Positions 49,070 through 62,317 of a stretch of 64,000 nt of DNA are shown here, piece by piece. This DNA comes from Malacoraja senta. Its lineage: Eukaryota. A program made the translations under genes and the position numbers. Numbering within the stretch: the first letter of the stretch is position 1; the number at the start of each line of letters is the position of its first letter. The stretch lies in NCBI GenBank assembly GCA_038087875.1, contig CM075988.1, positions 25,856,001-25,920,000 of the forward strand, read 5' to 3'. A model generated the notes under the pieces. It saw nothing but the letters and a program-made list of their open reading frames with translations, did not search any database and was not told the DNA's origin.

Positions 49070-49480
49070 AGCATGTACTTCCTCAGAAACCTAAGGAAAT
49101 TTGGCATGTCTCCAGTAACTTTCACCAATTTCTATAGATGCACCATAGAAAGTATCCTATCTAGATGCACCACAGCTTCGTAAGGCAAATGCTCTGTCCA
49201 ATACAGAGAGGAATTGTAGTTGAGGATGCAGCCCATCACGCAAACAAGCCACAAGCCTACCCCCCCACCCCCCCAAATAAACTCCATCTACATGTCACGT
49301 TGTCTCAGGAAAGCAGCCAATGTGATCAAGGACCACTCATACCTTGGCCATTCTATGTTCACCCATCCGGCAGAAGATACAAAAGCTTGTTCCCTACTGT
49401 TATCAGTCTCTTGAATGGACCTCTCATAAGCCAGGGATGAATTTCTGGATCTTCCCATGTACCTTGTTGCAGACCTTGCA
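49070..49480 (+). mobile_element. Rex1/Babar- or L2-type LINE RT C-terminal fragment
   Basis: Translation YFLRNLRKFGMSPVTFTNFYRCTIESILS followed by ANVIKDHSYLGHS; clade assignment from memory. Confidence 0.65.
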
Positions 49481-50995
49481 CGTTGAACCAGGCCCCACTG
49501 CCACTATATCCATGACAACCATCAGGTAGCTGATTGTACTAATCGCATACTAATGCTGGAATGACCTACTCCTGTTTTTGTATTCCTAAAACACGCAGCT
49601 CAGGATGTCGGGAAGATTGAAAAAGAACACTTAAAACGGTAAGCAATGACTATATGACTTTATGTTTGGGTTTCAACAGTTACCATAGAATGCTTTGTCT
49701 TCGGAGGTTTTTCCCCCCTAAGGAGGTGCTAAAGCAGCTGGCAATTGTGATGACTACATCAGCAAATTCAGCACAAACATGTGATCTAATTTGGGACACA
49801 CCACCTGGCTCATCATTGGACCGACCAGAGATCCTCAAAATTGAAAAAGACTGCCATAGGTTAGACATAGAAAATGTTTCCACTTTCAAATGAAACAAAA
49901 ATAAGGCATGATGAATGTACGGTCATTGTTAATATATCTGAAAGGAAATTCAGGAGGAACTTCTTTACCCAAACCGTTGCTGGAATGGGGAGCTCACTGC
50001 CAGAGGATGAGTGGCAAACATGTTTTTTAAGGAGAGGCAAGGTCAGCATAGAAGTAAGAAAAACATAAAATAGCATATTTATGATGGGAGGAGGCCAACA
50101 TAAAATATTGACACTGGAATAGACCAGGTTGACAGCTTCTATCTGCTCTTTGAATGTTGCATAATTGTATAATTGGAACATAATTTTGCACTGTACTTGA
50201 AATTTGACCCCATGTCACATTGCTAACAAAATAACTTTTTTTTTCCAGATAACAGGGCACCAGATTGGTGGAGTGATTTATTTTTGTGAAGTTATGGGAT
50301 TCGATGAAGTATTCCAAAACAACTATCTCCTTGTCACTTCTGAAACAGCGACAAACAAGGGAAAACACTGCACTTTATTAATCCTTAGGAATACTTAGAT
50401 GGGGAGAGTAGTAGATTATGCTTTTCAGGTGACGATAGGCACTTCTCACCTAAATTTCTAATGCTCCTTTTTAAATGGACAATTAGTTCAAATTTTGAAC
50501 TTTTTTTAAGAGGGGTTATCCAATCAGATTGGGAAAACATGTCAAGGTGCACTTGAATGTTAAGAAGTAAAAGTGCCAATCTTAAATTTGTGGGGCAGTT
50601 AGATGCTCTTGACCTATTTAGGAGTGAGAAGGTGTGTAGTGGCCTGGCATTTCTATTTTAATTGACATGTCCTACAGTTTGTCAGTATTTCTGTGAATGG
50701 TCACTTTTGGAACACGTAAAACGAGAAATGTAATGGTGTGTCAATACATTTGAATGCTCGATACTCAATGTGCATTTACTTTGTACTTCAGCAATATGTA
50801 TTATTACGTTACACTGTACAGTCCAGTATTTAACAAGCCAGTTTAGCAGAGGGCAGTGTTAAGTTGTTGGATACCTGCTCTTTTTGTTGTTGAAGAGGCT
50901 TAAAAGTTTTTTTTTTGAAAAGGCCTGAAATGACAAGAACAATCAATAACTGGCCTTCCTGACTTGTACTTTTTTCTCTCACCATTACACCCTTC

Positions 50996-51194
50996 AATAA
51001 AATAACAATAACAGAACATTCCATGTGCACCTAACATACTGGGTTGCGATTGCCAGAGGCACTGCATAACAGCCAAGCCTCCCAAAACATGACCACTCCA
51101 AAATCACAAAAGAGTTAATGACAGCAGAATTGATCTTAGACAGCACCTTAAGAACTGCTTTTTCCTTAAAAAGAGAGTGTATTATTTCAATAAA
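50996..51194 (+). promoter_or_regulatory. Candidate PDZD3 polyadenylation signals
   Basis: AATAAA at 50996-51001 and 51189-51194, downstream of the putative terminal exon starting at 50249. Confidence 0.45.
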
Positions 51195-51253
51195 ATGTAT
51201 ATAGTTTCAATAATCAGTCTGGACTGAACTCTTCTGTTGAAATGTGATACTTA

Positions 51254-51470
51254 AGGGCCTGTCCCACTTTCACGACCTAATTCACGACCTTTTTTACTCG
51301 TGGACATTTTTCATCATGTTGAAAAAACGCCCCGACCTACTTGATGCCACAAGTACCTACGACTAGCATCACGACCTACCTACGACCTCGTGACGACCAT
51401 GCTGCGAGTATGAGTCAAGGGCAAACTCGGCAGAGGTCGGGAATTAGGTCATGAAAGTGGGACAGGCCCT
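51254..51470. mobile_element. PIF/Harbinger-type MITE (217 bp)
   Basis: 37-bp TIR AGGGCCTGTCCCACTTTCA(C/T)GACCTAATTC(A/C)CGACCT; TTA TSD at 51251-51253 and 51471-51473. Confidence 0.88.
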
Positions 51471-51822
51471 TTACTCATTCACACAGGGCCACTTATTTTA
51501 AAATGTTTTTACAAACAGATGCTAGTTTGCTAAGGTGCCCTTTAAGCCAAACCTGCATCCTTAGAAGGTTCCTGACCTGATACCCACCTGTCAATTCTCT
51601 CCACAGATGCAGCGTGAACCACTGAGTCCCTCCAGCACTTTGTGTTTTATTCAAGATTCCAATATCTGCAGTTTGTTGTGTCTGCATTTGTATTGATCTG
51701 GGTTAAGACATCTGATTGAACAGCTGATCTCCAAATGATCAAGACATCTAACTAGATATAATTTCCACTACACTTCCCTTAGAGCTTTGGTCATTAGAAC
51801 CAATTTTGTTTTATTGATGTTG

Positions 51823-52065
51823 TTTAGTTTAGTTTAGAGATACAGCGCAGAAACAGGCTCTTCCACCCACTGAGTTCAGCCGACCAGCAATCCCCGTACA
51901 CTAGCACTATCCTACACACTAGCCAATTAACCTACAAACCTGTACGTCTTTGGAGAGTGGGAGGAAACCGAAGTACCCAGGGAAAACCCACACGGTCACA
52001 GGGAGAAAGTACAAACTCCATACAAATGGTAACCTGTAAGGCAGCAACTCTATCACTGTGCGGCC
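51823..52065 (-). mobile_element. HE1/V-SINE-like SINE
   Basis: Reverse complement of the SINE with a (tttag)n tail. Confidence 0.75.
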
Positions 52066-53657
52066 CTTAAGTTGGTGCACAATGGATGTATTGATGAACA
52101 GTGCAATAACCAAATCTATCCTTCATACAAATATTATTGTGGTGTGAATTATTTTTCCCTAGGTTTAATATCTCATTCACAAGATGTGACCTCAGATAAT
52201 ATAGCCATCATTATTGACAAAAATGCAATTTGTGCAGAAGTTTCCTAATTGGAACCTGAACTCGCATCATTTGGGTTCAGAGGCAAGATATGTCAGCACA
52301 ATGCCATGGATAAATCAATACAATTATACTTTAACCGAATATAGAAACTGGACTGCCCCAAAGACATTAACCAAAATTATGTAACGAAACTGTCCCCTTT
52401 TTAAATAAGCATCATTAAAGTGAATAAGATTATAATTATTATCATGTCTTAAAAACACACTTCTTCCAGTGCCTACCGATGCAATGCTTTGAGCATGCTG
52501 GCCACCAGGGTACAGAGAAAGCATGGAACTCGTTGCCAGCGCTTTGGTTGAAATGTATCTCTGCTTAATATTAAAATTATATGAGACAAACACTTCCATG
52601 GCTTTGAATTTCCTTGTTTCAATGATTTTGCACGCCTTCAACTCCAGTGTCTTGTGCAACTTCAACTTGCTTAACTCCATACTTGACTCAGACTGAGGAA
52701 GGGTCCCGAACCAAAATGTCATCTATTCATGTTCTCCAGGGATGCTGTCAGACCCGCTGAGTTACTCCAACACTTTGTGTCTATCTTTGGTATAAACCAC
52801 ATTATCACATATTAAAATAAACCACACAAAAGCAATTTACTCCACAATATTAAGTTTGGAATTTGGAATGTCACGAACCTTATGGACAACCAGCCTCTGT
52901 AGTCTCCTGTCTCTTAATGGACATCTCTCAGCAATAAACCTGAAAGTTGCTCTATCATCATCGCTCAGGAATTTAGATATTTTGACATCATCACACATGC
53001 AACATTTATGCTGTTTTGGGAGTATGGCCTTGGGAAAGTAAATGGCTTCCCCTAGCTAATGAAGTAAACTGAAGATAATTAGAGCTTTGCGTAGGAAGGA
53101 ACTGCAGATGCTGGTTTAAACTCGACCCAAAATTCCTTTTATCCAGAGTTGCTGTCTGACCGCTGAGTTACTCCAGTTTTTTGTGTCCATTTATAGAGCT
53201 TTGATGATGGGGATTTGTCTTGGGTGACAGCTTTGATGTTGGTTCAATTATCCTGCCTGTCAATTTTGTGATTTTTGAACAGATAGCATTGATGACACAT
53301 CTCTAATATTTTAATTGCACCTGTATCTCGCCATACTTCTGGATATGACAATAAAGTTTATTATCATATTGTCCATACATTTTGACTTGTTTCCAGATCT
53401 TTCCATTGCTTCTTCGTCGGTAACCATGTAATCTCCTTTAGCCCTACAAATTGTCTCAGACTTGCCCCAGATGTCATCATCAACCTCTTGGTCATGCCTG
53501 ATGGTCATTAGGGTTTCCCTTCTGGAAACGTCGCCTTTCCATTCCCTCCACGATCTGCCTTTAATTTATTTCTCCTTCAAACCACAGCTCTGGAGCCAGT
53601 CTTTTCATCATCTGCACTACTCCCTATTCGTGGTCATGACAAAATGTTCTCCATAAC

Positions 53658-53960
53658 ATTTAGGACTGAGATGAGGAAAAACTTTTTCACCCAGAGTTGT
53701 GAATCTTTGAAGGCAGTGGAGGCCAATTCACTGGAATGTTTTCAAGAGAGTTAGATTTAGCTCTTAGGGCTAATCAAGGGATATGGGAATATAAGAATTT
53801 CATTGTCCTATCTGGGACATGTCTAACAATAAAACACTCTTGACTTGACTCTTGAGAAGGCAGGAACGGGATACTGATTGTGGATGATCAGCCATGATCC
53901 TATTGAATGGCGGTGCTGGCTCGAAGGGCCGAATGGCCTACTCCTGCACCTATTTTCTAT
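53658..53960 (+). mobile_element. CR1 LINE 3' fragment
   Basis: tttaggactgagatgaggaaaaac...gaagggccgaatggcctactcctgcacct. Confidence 0.8.
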
Positions 53961-54049
53961 AACATCACCTGGGGATGATGTGATGTGTTTGAGGAGCTCC
54001 ATGAATGTGGGCTGTAGCACAGATACGAGAGGAGCCCTAGTATCTTTGG

Positions 54050-54510
54050 GCTGTGGCCCTGATGCTCCGGAGGAGGGGAGGGGAACGACACGACACCACA
54101 CCATCAGCACCAGGCCGCGCCTCCTAACTCTACGCCGTTGCCTACGCGAGGGCGGGCCCGCTCGCCACCGTTGGCAGCAGCAGCAGCAGCAGCAGCAGGT
54201 CCTGTCCTGACGCACGGTGAAGCGTGGCGTGGCGTGGCGTGGCGTGGCGTGGCGTGGCGAGGCGAGCAGCGGGGTGGCGCCAGGGCGGGCCGTACGTACG
54301 TGTGGACGCTGTTCGCGGATCCTTGCGCAAGGGCGGGTACGCCGCTCGCCGCTCCGTACGCAAGGGAAGGTTCGCCGCCCGCTCGCCCGCCCGCCCGCCC
54401 GCCGTCGCGCCGAGCCTGGGCCCAGGGCGGGAGCGGGAGCGGGAGCGCAGGCCGCGCCGTCAGCAACAGCAGGTAAGCGCGGCTCGAGCGCGGGCCGTTT
54501 CCCGCTGCAA
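54050..54510 (+). promoter_or_regulatory. UBE4A: CpG island, promoter and non-coding first exon of UBE4A (donor at 54472)
   Basis: Only CpG-dense, GC-rich segment in the window; GC boxes; strong donor cag|gtaagc upstream of the ATG-containing exon. Confidence 0.8.
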
Positions 54511-55779
54511 GCTTCACCACTGACTCCACAACTACATGTGTACATTATCCAGAGTAATTCCTGCCTTTGTAAACCGTGTATAAAATCCCAGTCCCGACCT
54601 ACACAGGTGACCGGGTTTATTTACACACATCTCTGGGCCTCGGCTTTGATGTCATGGTGTTTGGCTTCAATTAATGTTCTGTACGTGTGGCTCAGTTATC
54701 TTTGTTCTTTTGTTATTGTGTTGCTTCCATTGCCATCTCTCTGGATGCACAGTTGGCCCTGTGGTGCTCTTTGTAAGAATTTTGTGTTTAGGAAACAACT
54801 ATTTGTGAAAGTTCATGTTTTATTCTGGGTGTGAGTTAATATTTATGGTAGGCCTGGTTTTGATTAATTCAGCTTGATCTACAGTACACAAACACATCTT
54901 TTGCTAATTAATGTTTCTAATAGTTTGGGATGGTGTGTTATGAATTAGATATTTTCAGGAAATAACTCCCTTAACTCGTGTGAGATTGGGTGCTAATACA
55001 TCTACACTAAAGGACGGCAGTATTATTCAACTTGAACTTGCATTTATGTTATTTGGCCGAGTTCACAGTTTGATTAGTTTTTGCTCCAGATTCTAACATC
55101 TACAGTCACTCGTTTCTTCGAACTTGCGGATAGTCAAATTGAGGTGCTGTTCTATATATTGCTGTTGAAATGGTAGATAATTTTAGGTTTCCAAATAAAT
55201 AAATAAATTGGGTAATAAAAGTTCCTGAAGAATATTTTCATCCTGTCTAATACTGTAAATTAGGGTGACAGCCAAGGCTTAAAAGGGAGTTCATTCAAAA
55301 CATATAGGAATAATATTTGTGAGAAGTTGGTTAAATGGCTGGTAGAAGGAGTTACTGTTAATTCATTAAAATAACTTAAAACTAACTTGGGCTTTCTCCC
55401 TTTCCCAACCTGAAATGTCTGCTCTGTTTCTCTTTCCTGCCATATCTGCTCAATGTTTCCAGCACTTATTATTTTTGGTCCTGATGCAGGTCTCAACCCA
55501 AAACCTTGATCATCCCTTTGCCTCTACAGATGCTGCTTGTCCCTCCCACCCCCGAAATCTTCCAGTAATTTTATGTTGCTCCATTAATTGAATTGCTGCA
55601 CATTTGATCTTAGTGTACATGAAAAAGTATTTTGCTGCAGTTGCTTTTATTTATAACCTAGAATGGGATTGAAAATGTACACATAATGACAGTCTATCCC
55701 CATGTTCTGGTCATGAAAAGCAAGGCATGTCAGGTCAACTATTGGAATTTGAGATTAAAGAATCGACTGCTGAAATAGG

Positions 55780-56355
55780 GGTGGATCAAGCAGCATCCAT
55801 GGAGGCAAAAGGGAGGTGTCAATGTTACGGGTCATGACCCTGCATCAGGACTTTGGGAGTGGTGGGGACGAGGGAATGTGTAAGGAATGATGGCCATGTC
55901 ATTTAAACTACTCTTCCCATTTCCACATTGATCATCTTTACTGCCACAATGAGGCCTAATGCAAACTGGAAGCATTTTACAATATTACAACCCAGTGGTA
56001 TGAATATTGAATTTACCAATTTGAGGTTACTCATTCATACCTCCCATGTTCTTTTTCCACTCCCACTAGTCATCCCGACTTCTCTCTCCCTTTGTTCACC
56101 TATTTCCATCACTTCTCCTGTGCCCACCTGGCTCCTAATTCCCCTTTTTGTGATTCCACCTATCACCTGTCAGGTCCTATCCCACCGCTCTCCTGCACTT
56201 CTAAAAACTGACCATCATTCATCTCCCCATTGTCCCCCTCAGTCCTGATGCAGGGTTTCGTTGATGTGTTCCTTTTTTCATTTCCTTCCCCAATTTTTGC
56301 TTGACCTGATGAGTTCTGTTTTTGCTTCAGATTCCAGCATCTGCAGTCTCCTGTT
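55780..56355. mobile_element. Degenerate Penelope-like remnant with inverted terminal repeat
   Basis: LQPSGMNIEFTNLR motif; degenerate hammerheads at ~55820-55850 (-) and 56244 (+). Confidence 0.6.
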
Positions 56356-56567
56356 TCTTTGAACTTGGGGATAGGCAAATTGACCTGCTGTTCTATATTG
56401 CTGTTGAAGTAATCACCACAAAGCTACACATAATTCCTTCCCATCTTCTGAGTTGGACAATCCAATGTTGAAAACAGTGAGGGTAATATGACATTAACAA
56501 GTTAAGGAGGGAAGAATTCATGAGTGGGAAGAATTCCCACTCATTGACCTGCAATTGAAAAACTGTG

Positions 56568-56838
56568 TAGTTTAGAGATACAGCGTGGAAACAGGCCCTT
56601 CGGCTCACCGAGTCTGCGCCGGCCAGCAATCCCCACACATTAACACTATCCTACACACACTTACTTACAAACCTGTACGTCTTTGGACTGTGGGAGTAAA
56701 CCAGAGCTCCCGGGGAAAAACCCATGCAGATCACGGGAAGAACGTACAAACTCCGTACAGACAGCACCTGTAGTCAGGATCGAACCCAGGTCTCGCGCTG
56801 TAAGGCAGCAACTCTACCACTGCGCCACCATGCCGCCC
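56568..56838 (-). mobile_element. HE1/V-SINE-like SINE
   Basis: Reverse complement of the SINE including the head. Confidence 0.85.
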
Positions 56839-58852
56839 ATAGTGTGAGGATTGGATTGTCTTTGATATCCCATGGTTGATTACTCTTGATTCATGTTATT
56901 ATTCACATATGAGTGCTGACTTTTCTTTTGATGTCAGCCTTTGGTATGACGACCAATAGCTCAGTGTTATTGTCTTTTGCTACTCCTGTTTCTGTATGAC
57001 CAATATAAATTCCAGTCTTTCTCCCCATAGGGGTATCTTATTTATCTAAATCCAGAAGTTTGGGTTCTAAATTGATGGGTCAAAGATGTAGAGAATGCAC
57101 TACCGCCCAACACCAGAGCCAGTATAGTGGTATTCAAGAACAGATTGTCGGGTATTTCTGCCATAGCACGATAGTTGCATTCCTAAGAAACATTACATTA
57201 TAAAAACAATTGTATTAGTGGGGAAAAAGGGGGCTAGGGGATAGAGAGTTTTCGACTCACAATGACTGATTATTACTGTAAGATTTTCAAAACGAAGTGT
57301 TTTTTAATTGTTATCAATGTATTTTGTTACTGCAAGCTAAAAATAATAATGGCTATATGTTACATTGTTTAATCATATCAATAAGAGCGATCGCTTGTCA
57401 ATTTGCAATGGCCTCCTTTGGTGACATGTGCAGCCCGTGATCTTGGTATCATCACTGCGGGGAGGTTACATGTAAACAGTTTTTCGTCCCCCAAGGCAGA
57501 CAGCTTTTTTCCGTTTGTCAATTTCCAAAGGAATTCTTGCAGTTCTCTAGTTGCAAAATCAAAATACAAAGATTTGAGATATTTTTAAAATATTTCTCCT
57601 CTCACCCTAAACCTGTGTCCTCTAGTTTTTAACTCCCCCCCCCCCCCCCCCACCCGAGGAAAAAGGACTGATTATCTACCATACCTATGCCCTTCATTAT
57701 TTTATAAACCTCTGAAAGGTCACTCCTCGGCCTCTTGCACCCCATTAAGGACAATCCCATTCTATCTCTCCTTGTAACTGATCCTTCAATTCCAAATAAT
57801 ATCCTAGAATCTCGAGCCGGAACGTCCTTCTCTCCAGAGATGCTACCAGAGCTCACTCCAGCTTTTTGTGATTATTCTAGTAAATCTCTTCTGCATTCTT
57901 TCTAGTGTCACAGCATGCTTTCTATAAGGTGGGAATCAGAATGGCACACAGTATCCTAAGTGAGGCTGAACAATGCCTTTTTGCTTCTGGTAACGTTGTT
58001 CTCCTGTGCCTTATTGTAGCTTGGTTGGAATTGTACAGCACTCAGGTGACCATTTATTCTGGTTATGTTGCAGATTTGTTTAAAGAAGCAGTATTTGGAA
58101 AGAATCTGCTTCATTTATTGATTATTCCAAGGTCAAAGGGAATTGATCCTTGTAATTGGCATTTAAGTTTGGATTTTAATGTGGAATTCTAGAAATTGTG
58201 TTTGTATCAAATTCTTCAGGTTTCAATGTCTCTTACACACAATGGGGAACATCTAGAAGGGTGTCGACCCGAAACATCACCCATTCCCTCTATCCAGAGA
58301 TGCTGCCTGTCCTGCTGAGTTACTCCAGCATTTTGTGCACATCTAGCACTGCTTGCCGGTTTTGTACATGCAACAATTTTCTTTTTAATAATCCCCCTGT
58401 TTCTTTTATTAAATAGATTATATTTTTCTTTGTTGCAACCTTTTGATGCACTGAGTCATATATTGACCAGTCAGGTTTAGTCACTAGCTTGTGCTTTGTC
58501 AGCTGATCTCAGTCAGGGTAGCTTCTAGAGCATTAAAATTGATTTTGGAGCTGTGGCTTGGAAAAGAGAGTGTTAATCAGGGGTCATGTAGGTGATCCAG
58601 TATGGCATACTAATATTTCTTCCAGGGAGCTAAAGGTCATGTTTTCACCATACTGTTTGTACATGTTTTTCAGGAGTGGGGGAGGAGGCAGTGGTTGGAA
58701 GAAGAAGAACCTCTAAACTGGCACAATCTTCTACCAAATTGACTATTGCATCTTAGTGGACAGTATATGACATTGTTTTTTTTCTGTGATTCCCTACAGT
58801 CTACAGGCATGAGTGGTTCAGATTTGTCAATAGCAGGCTACTTTAATGAAAG

Positions 58853-58988
58853 GTAGACACAAAATGCTGGAGTAACTCAGCGGGACAGGCAGCATTTCTG
58901 GAGAAAAAGAATGGGTGACGTTTCAGGTCGAGACCCTTCTTCAGCATTTTGTGTTCCAACTTCGATTGCAGTTCTTTCCTACACGTAT
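58853..58988. mobile_element. Penelope-derived repeat with hammerhead core at 58917-58944 (-)
   Basis: 14-bp TSD tactttaatgaaag at 58839-58852 and 58989-59002. Confidence 0.75.
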
Positions 58989-59236
58989 TACTTTAATGAA
59001 AGCTTGTTTATTTCACTTAAAGTTAAGGATGATTAACTTTGGGTTATTGCACAGAGCAGCCGACTATTTCCAGTATAGTTGATCATTAATGCAATTTTGA
59101 GGGTTTTTACTTTGTTCTACATATTGTAACATGCCTAAATGATTTTCTATGTCAGCATTGCTAAACGGTGTGTGTACTTTGCATTGTCTTCCTCACAGCC
59201 TGCTTTGGAGCTGGATGGAGTGGGCTTTGAAGAGAA

Positions 59237-59360
59237 ATGACTGACCAGGAGAATAACAATAACATATCTAGCAACCCCTTTGCAGCACTCTTCAGTTCGG
59301 TTGCTGATGCCAAGCAATTTGTCTCTGTCCAAAAGCAGCAACCCCCAGAGGTCCCAACAG
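59237..59360 (+). CDS. UBE4A: Ubiquitin conjugation factor E4 A, first coding exon (exon starts at 59199)
   Basis: [28 protein letters not shown] matches the UBE4A N-terminus as recalled; acceptor cctcacag, donor ag|gtaagc. Confidence 0.95.
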
Positions 59361-59532
59361 GTAAGCAAACTTTATGGTCTTTGAGACAGTCTGTTTCTCA
59401 GTTACATGCAGATTGTTGAAAGCAAGGTTTGCAAAACCTGTGAAGGGTAACCTCTTTGTGATCCTTAATTTCCCATCTTGGGAAATGTTAAAATATGAAT
59501 TTAACATCTGCTTTAGAAAATGTAGGAAGCAA

Positions 59533-60107
59533 GTAGACAATAGGTGCAGGAGTAGGCCCTTCGAGCCAGCACCGCCATTCAATGTGATCATGGCTGATCA
59601 TCCCCAATCAGTACCCCGTTCCTGCCTTCTCCCCATATCCCCTGCACTATTTTTAAGAGCCCTATCTAGCTCTCTCTTGAAAGCATCCAGAGAACCTGCC
59701 TTCACCGCTCTCTGAGGCAGAGAATTCCACAGACTCACAACTCTCTGTGAGAAAAAGTGTTTCCTCGTCTCTGTTCTAAATGGCTTACCCCTTATTCTTA
59801 AACTGTGGCCCCAGGTTCTGGACTCCCCCAACATCGGGAACATATTTCCTGCCTCTAGCATGTCCAAACCTTTAACAATCTTATATGTTTCAATAAGATA
59901 CCCTCTCATCCTTCTAAACTCCAGCGTGTACAAGCCCAGCCGCTCCATTCTCTCAGCATACGACAGTCCCGCCATCCCGGGAATTAACCTTGTAAACCTA
60001 CGCTGCACTCCCTCAAAAGGAAGAATGTCCTTCCTCAAATTAGGGGACCAAAACTGCACACAATACTCCAGGTGTGGTCTCACTAGGGCCCTGTACAACT
60101 GCAGAAG
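59533..60107 (-). mobile_element. CR1 LINE 3' fragment
   Basis: ORF 59598-60098 encodes a CR1 ORF2 C-terminus. Confidence 0.9.
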
Positions 60108-61763
60108 GAGTAGGTCAAATTAGCAGCCTGCCTTTTCAAGTATATACACATCGTGATATTTTTTCATGTGAATGCAAGTTGCAGGTGAAGCTCAGTCTTT
60201 GTCAAAATTTGTTCATCTGTTTTTCAAAATCTCGCATTGATTCTCAGTTATTTGATGTGTTATAGTGCAAGGATCAGGAAGCAGTGTAGCAGGATGTATT
60301 GGTCATTTCTTGATGCATCAGTCACGTAGTGCAAGAGTCAAACAACAATCTGGCTGCTTTCATAGTTTTACCAATCTCAGTGTCAAATTACTCATAGTTG
60401 TGGTGTGATTCATGACAATTTGTCAGAGCTGACATGGCCAGATGGGAGAGTTCTCAACTTGCAACTTTTTGTAAATGCAGCCTTTATACATGAAGCCACC
60501 TTTGGTTGCAAAAAGGATAACCATCATCTTTCACTTCCTTATTTAAAATAGGCAATATCACTGCTTTATCATCACCTTTAGTGATTGTAACTTCTTAAAT
60601 TATCTTGTAATTGGGCAGGTGCTTGTTCACATATTTGATGGCTCGATTGTAATCTTGTAATGTCTTTCTGCTGAATGGTTAGCACACAATAAAAGCTTTT
60701 CCCTGTACCTCGGCACAAGTGACAATAAACTAAACTAAACATTTGTACTATCATTGCTAATTGTTTGAGATTCCAAAGTGGTACAATATTAAACCTCATG
60801 AAGTATCATGTGTTTCACGGTATAAAAATGTGCTGTCATTGATTTATATTGATGTGTTGTAACCCAAAATTTGCAATAAATCAGTGTCTGTACACTTCTC
60901 ACCTGGAACCTGAGGTTTTCTCAACTGATTGAAGCTGTGGTTCTGAATGTTTAACCTTTCAGGCCAATTAGTAGGCGAGGGAACATAATTTAATAAACAT
61001 GGAAGTTTGCATGTTGATGTAGAATTTTAAGTATGTGTGGATTTGGAAAAGACAAGATGACTAATGTTCACACAACTGATCGAGGGGGAGGGTCTCTAAT
61101 GTCCTTCTGGTAAGAGTATTCATAAGCAATCTTCAGTGTTTAACAGCAGGATAGTTGGAGAACATTGAATAATGTTTTTAAAAATAAAGTTGCATCTGCC
61201 TCTAGAAAGCAAAGGAAAGACTGATGGTTACCAGTTTGGAAAGTTAAAATTAAACCTTTAAGAATCTGGATTTTCCATCAGACAGGTTTTAATTATGAGA
61301 AAGAAATCTTATCAGAGGCAGTAAACATAATGATATTGAAAAACATTATTTTCTGTAATATTTTAGTCTTTGTTTGGAGTTTGGGCATATTACTGATTTT
61401 TTATCTGAATTGAAGTTAGAATGGTGAAAATCAAGCAGAAGATTAGAGTGACAGGGTTTTACAGCACAGAAACTGGAGCTTTGGCCCAACTTGTCTATGA
61501 CAACCAATTTGCTAATCAAGCTTATCTGTGTAGAAACAAGGAACTGCAGATGCTGGTTTACAAAAAAGGAAATATAGTGCTGGAGTAATTCAGCTTGTCA
61601 GGCAGCATCTCTGAAGAACGTGGATAGGTGATACTTGTGTCGGGACCCTTCTTCACACTAATTGTAGCAGGCGGGGGGGGGGGGGGGTGGAAGCAAGGAG
61701 TGGAGAGAGGCAGGACAAAGCGTGGTATTGATATGCAGACAAAGGTCAGAGATTAAACAGAAG

Positions 61764-62062
61764 GTTTAGTTTAGTTTCGAGAAACAGCATGGAAACAGGT
61801 CCTTCAGCCCACCGGGTCCGCGCCGACCAACAACTACCTATACCCTGGTTGTATCTTGCTCTCTAGGGACTATTTACAGAAGCCAATTAACCTACAAACC
61901 TGCACATGTTTGGAATGTGGGAGGAAACCAGAGCACCTGGAGAAAACCCATATGGTCACAGGGAGAACATACAAACTCCGTACAAACAGAACCGGTAGTC
62001 GGGATCAAACCCGGGTCTCTGACACTGTAAGGAAAAAATCTTCTGTGCCACTGTGCGGCCGT
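61764..62062 (-). mobile_element. HE1/V-SINE-like SINE
   Basis: Reverse complement of the SINE. Confidence 0.75.
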
Positions 62063-62317
62063 AATAGGTGTGAGAAAAAAGTTTCAAGGTAGTGATTGCC
62101 AATGTTAAAGATTTGTAACTGTAGGATATATGCGGAAGTGAGTTCCGTGGGATGGGCGATACATCTGATATTGATCCTAAGTTTACTAAATATGGAAATC
62201 TTCATCCATAATTTGCACCTAATGAAGTTGGCTAACCCCGCATAAGAACAAGGTTATGACATTTTCAACATGAGTATTTATCTGGCAGTAAACTTCAATC
62301 TTTTGTGATTGTGCAAG

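Noticed and set aside
52324..53508. Minus-strand ORFs as a CCDC153-like gene
   Set aside because: No coiled-coil character or recognisable similarity; partly repeat-derived.
53823..54834. Long overlapping ORFs (up to 240 aa)
   Set aside because: Low-complexity translations of the stop-poor CpG island and adjoining CR1.
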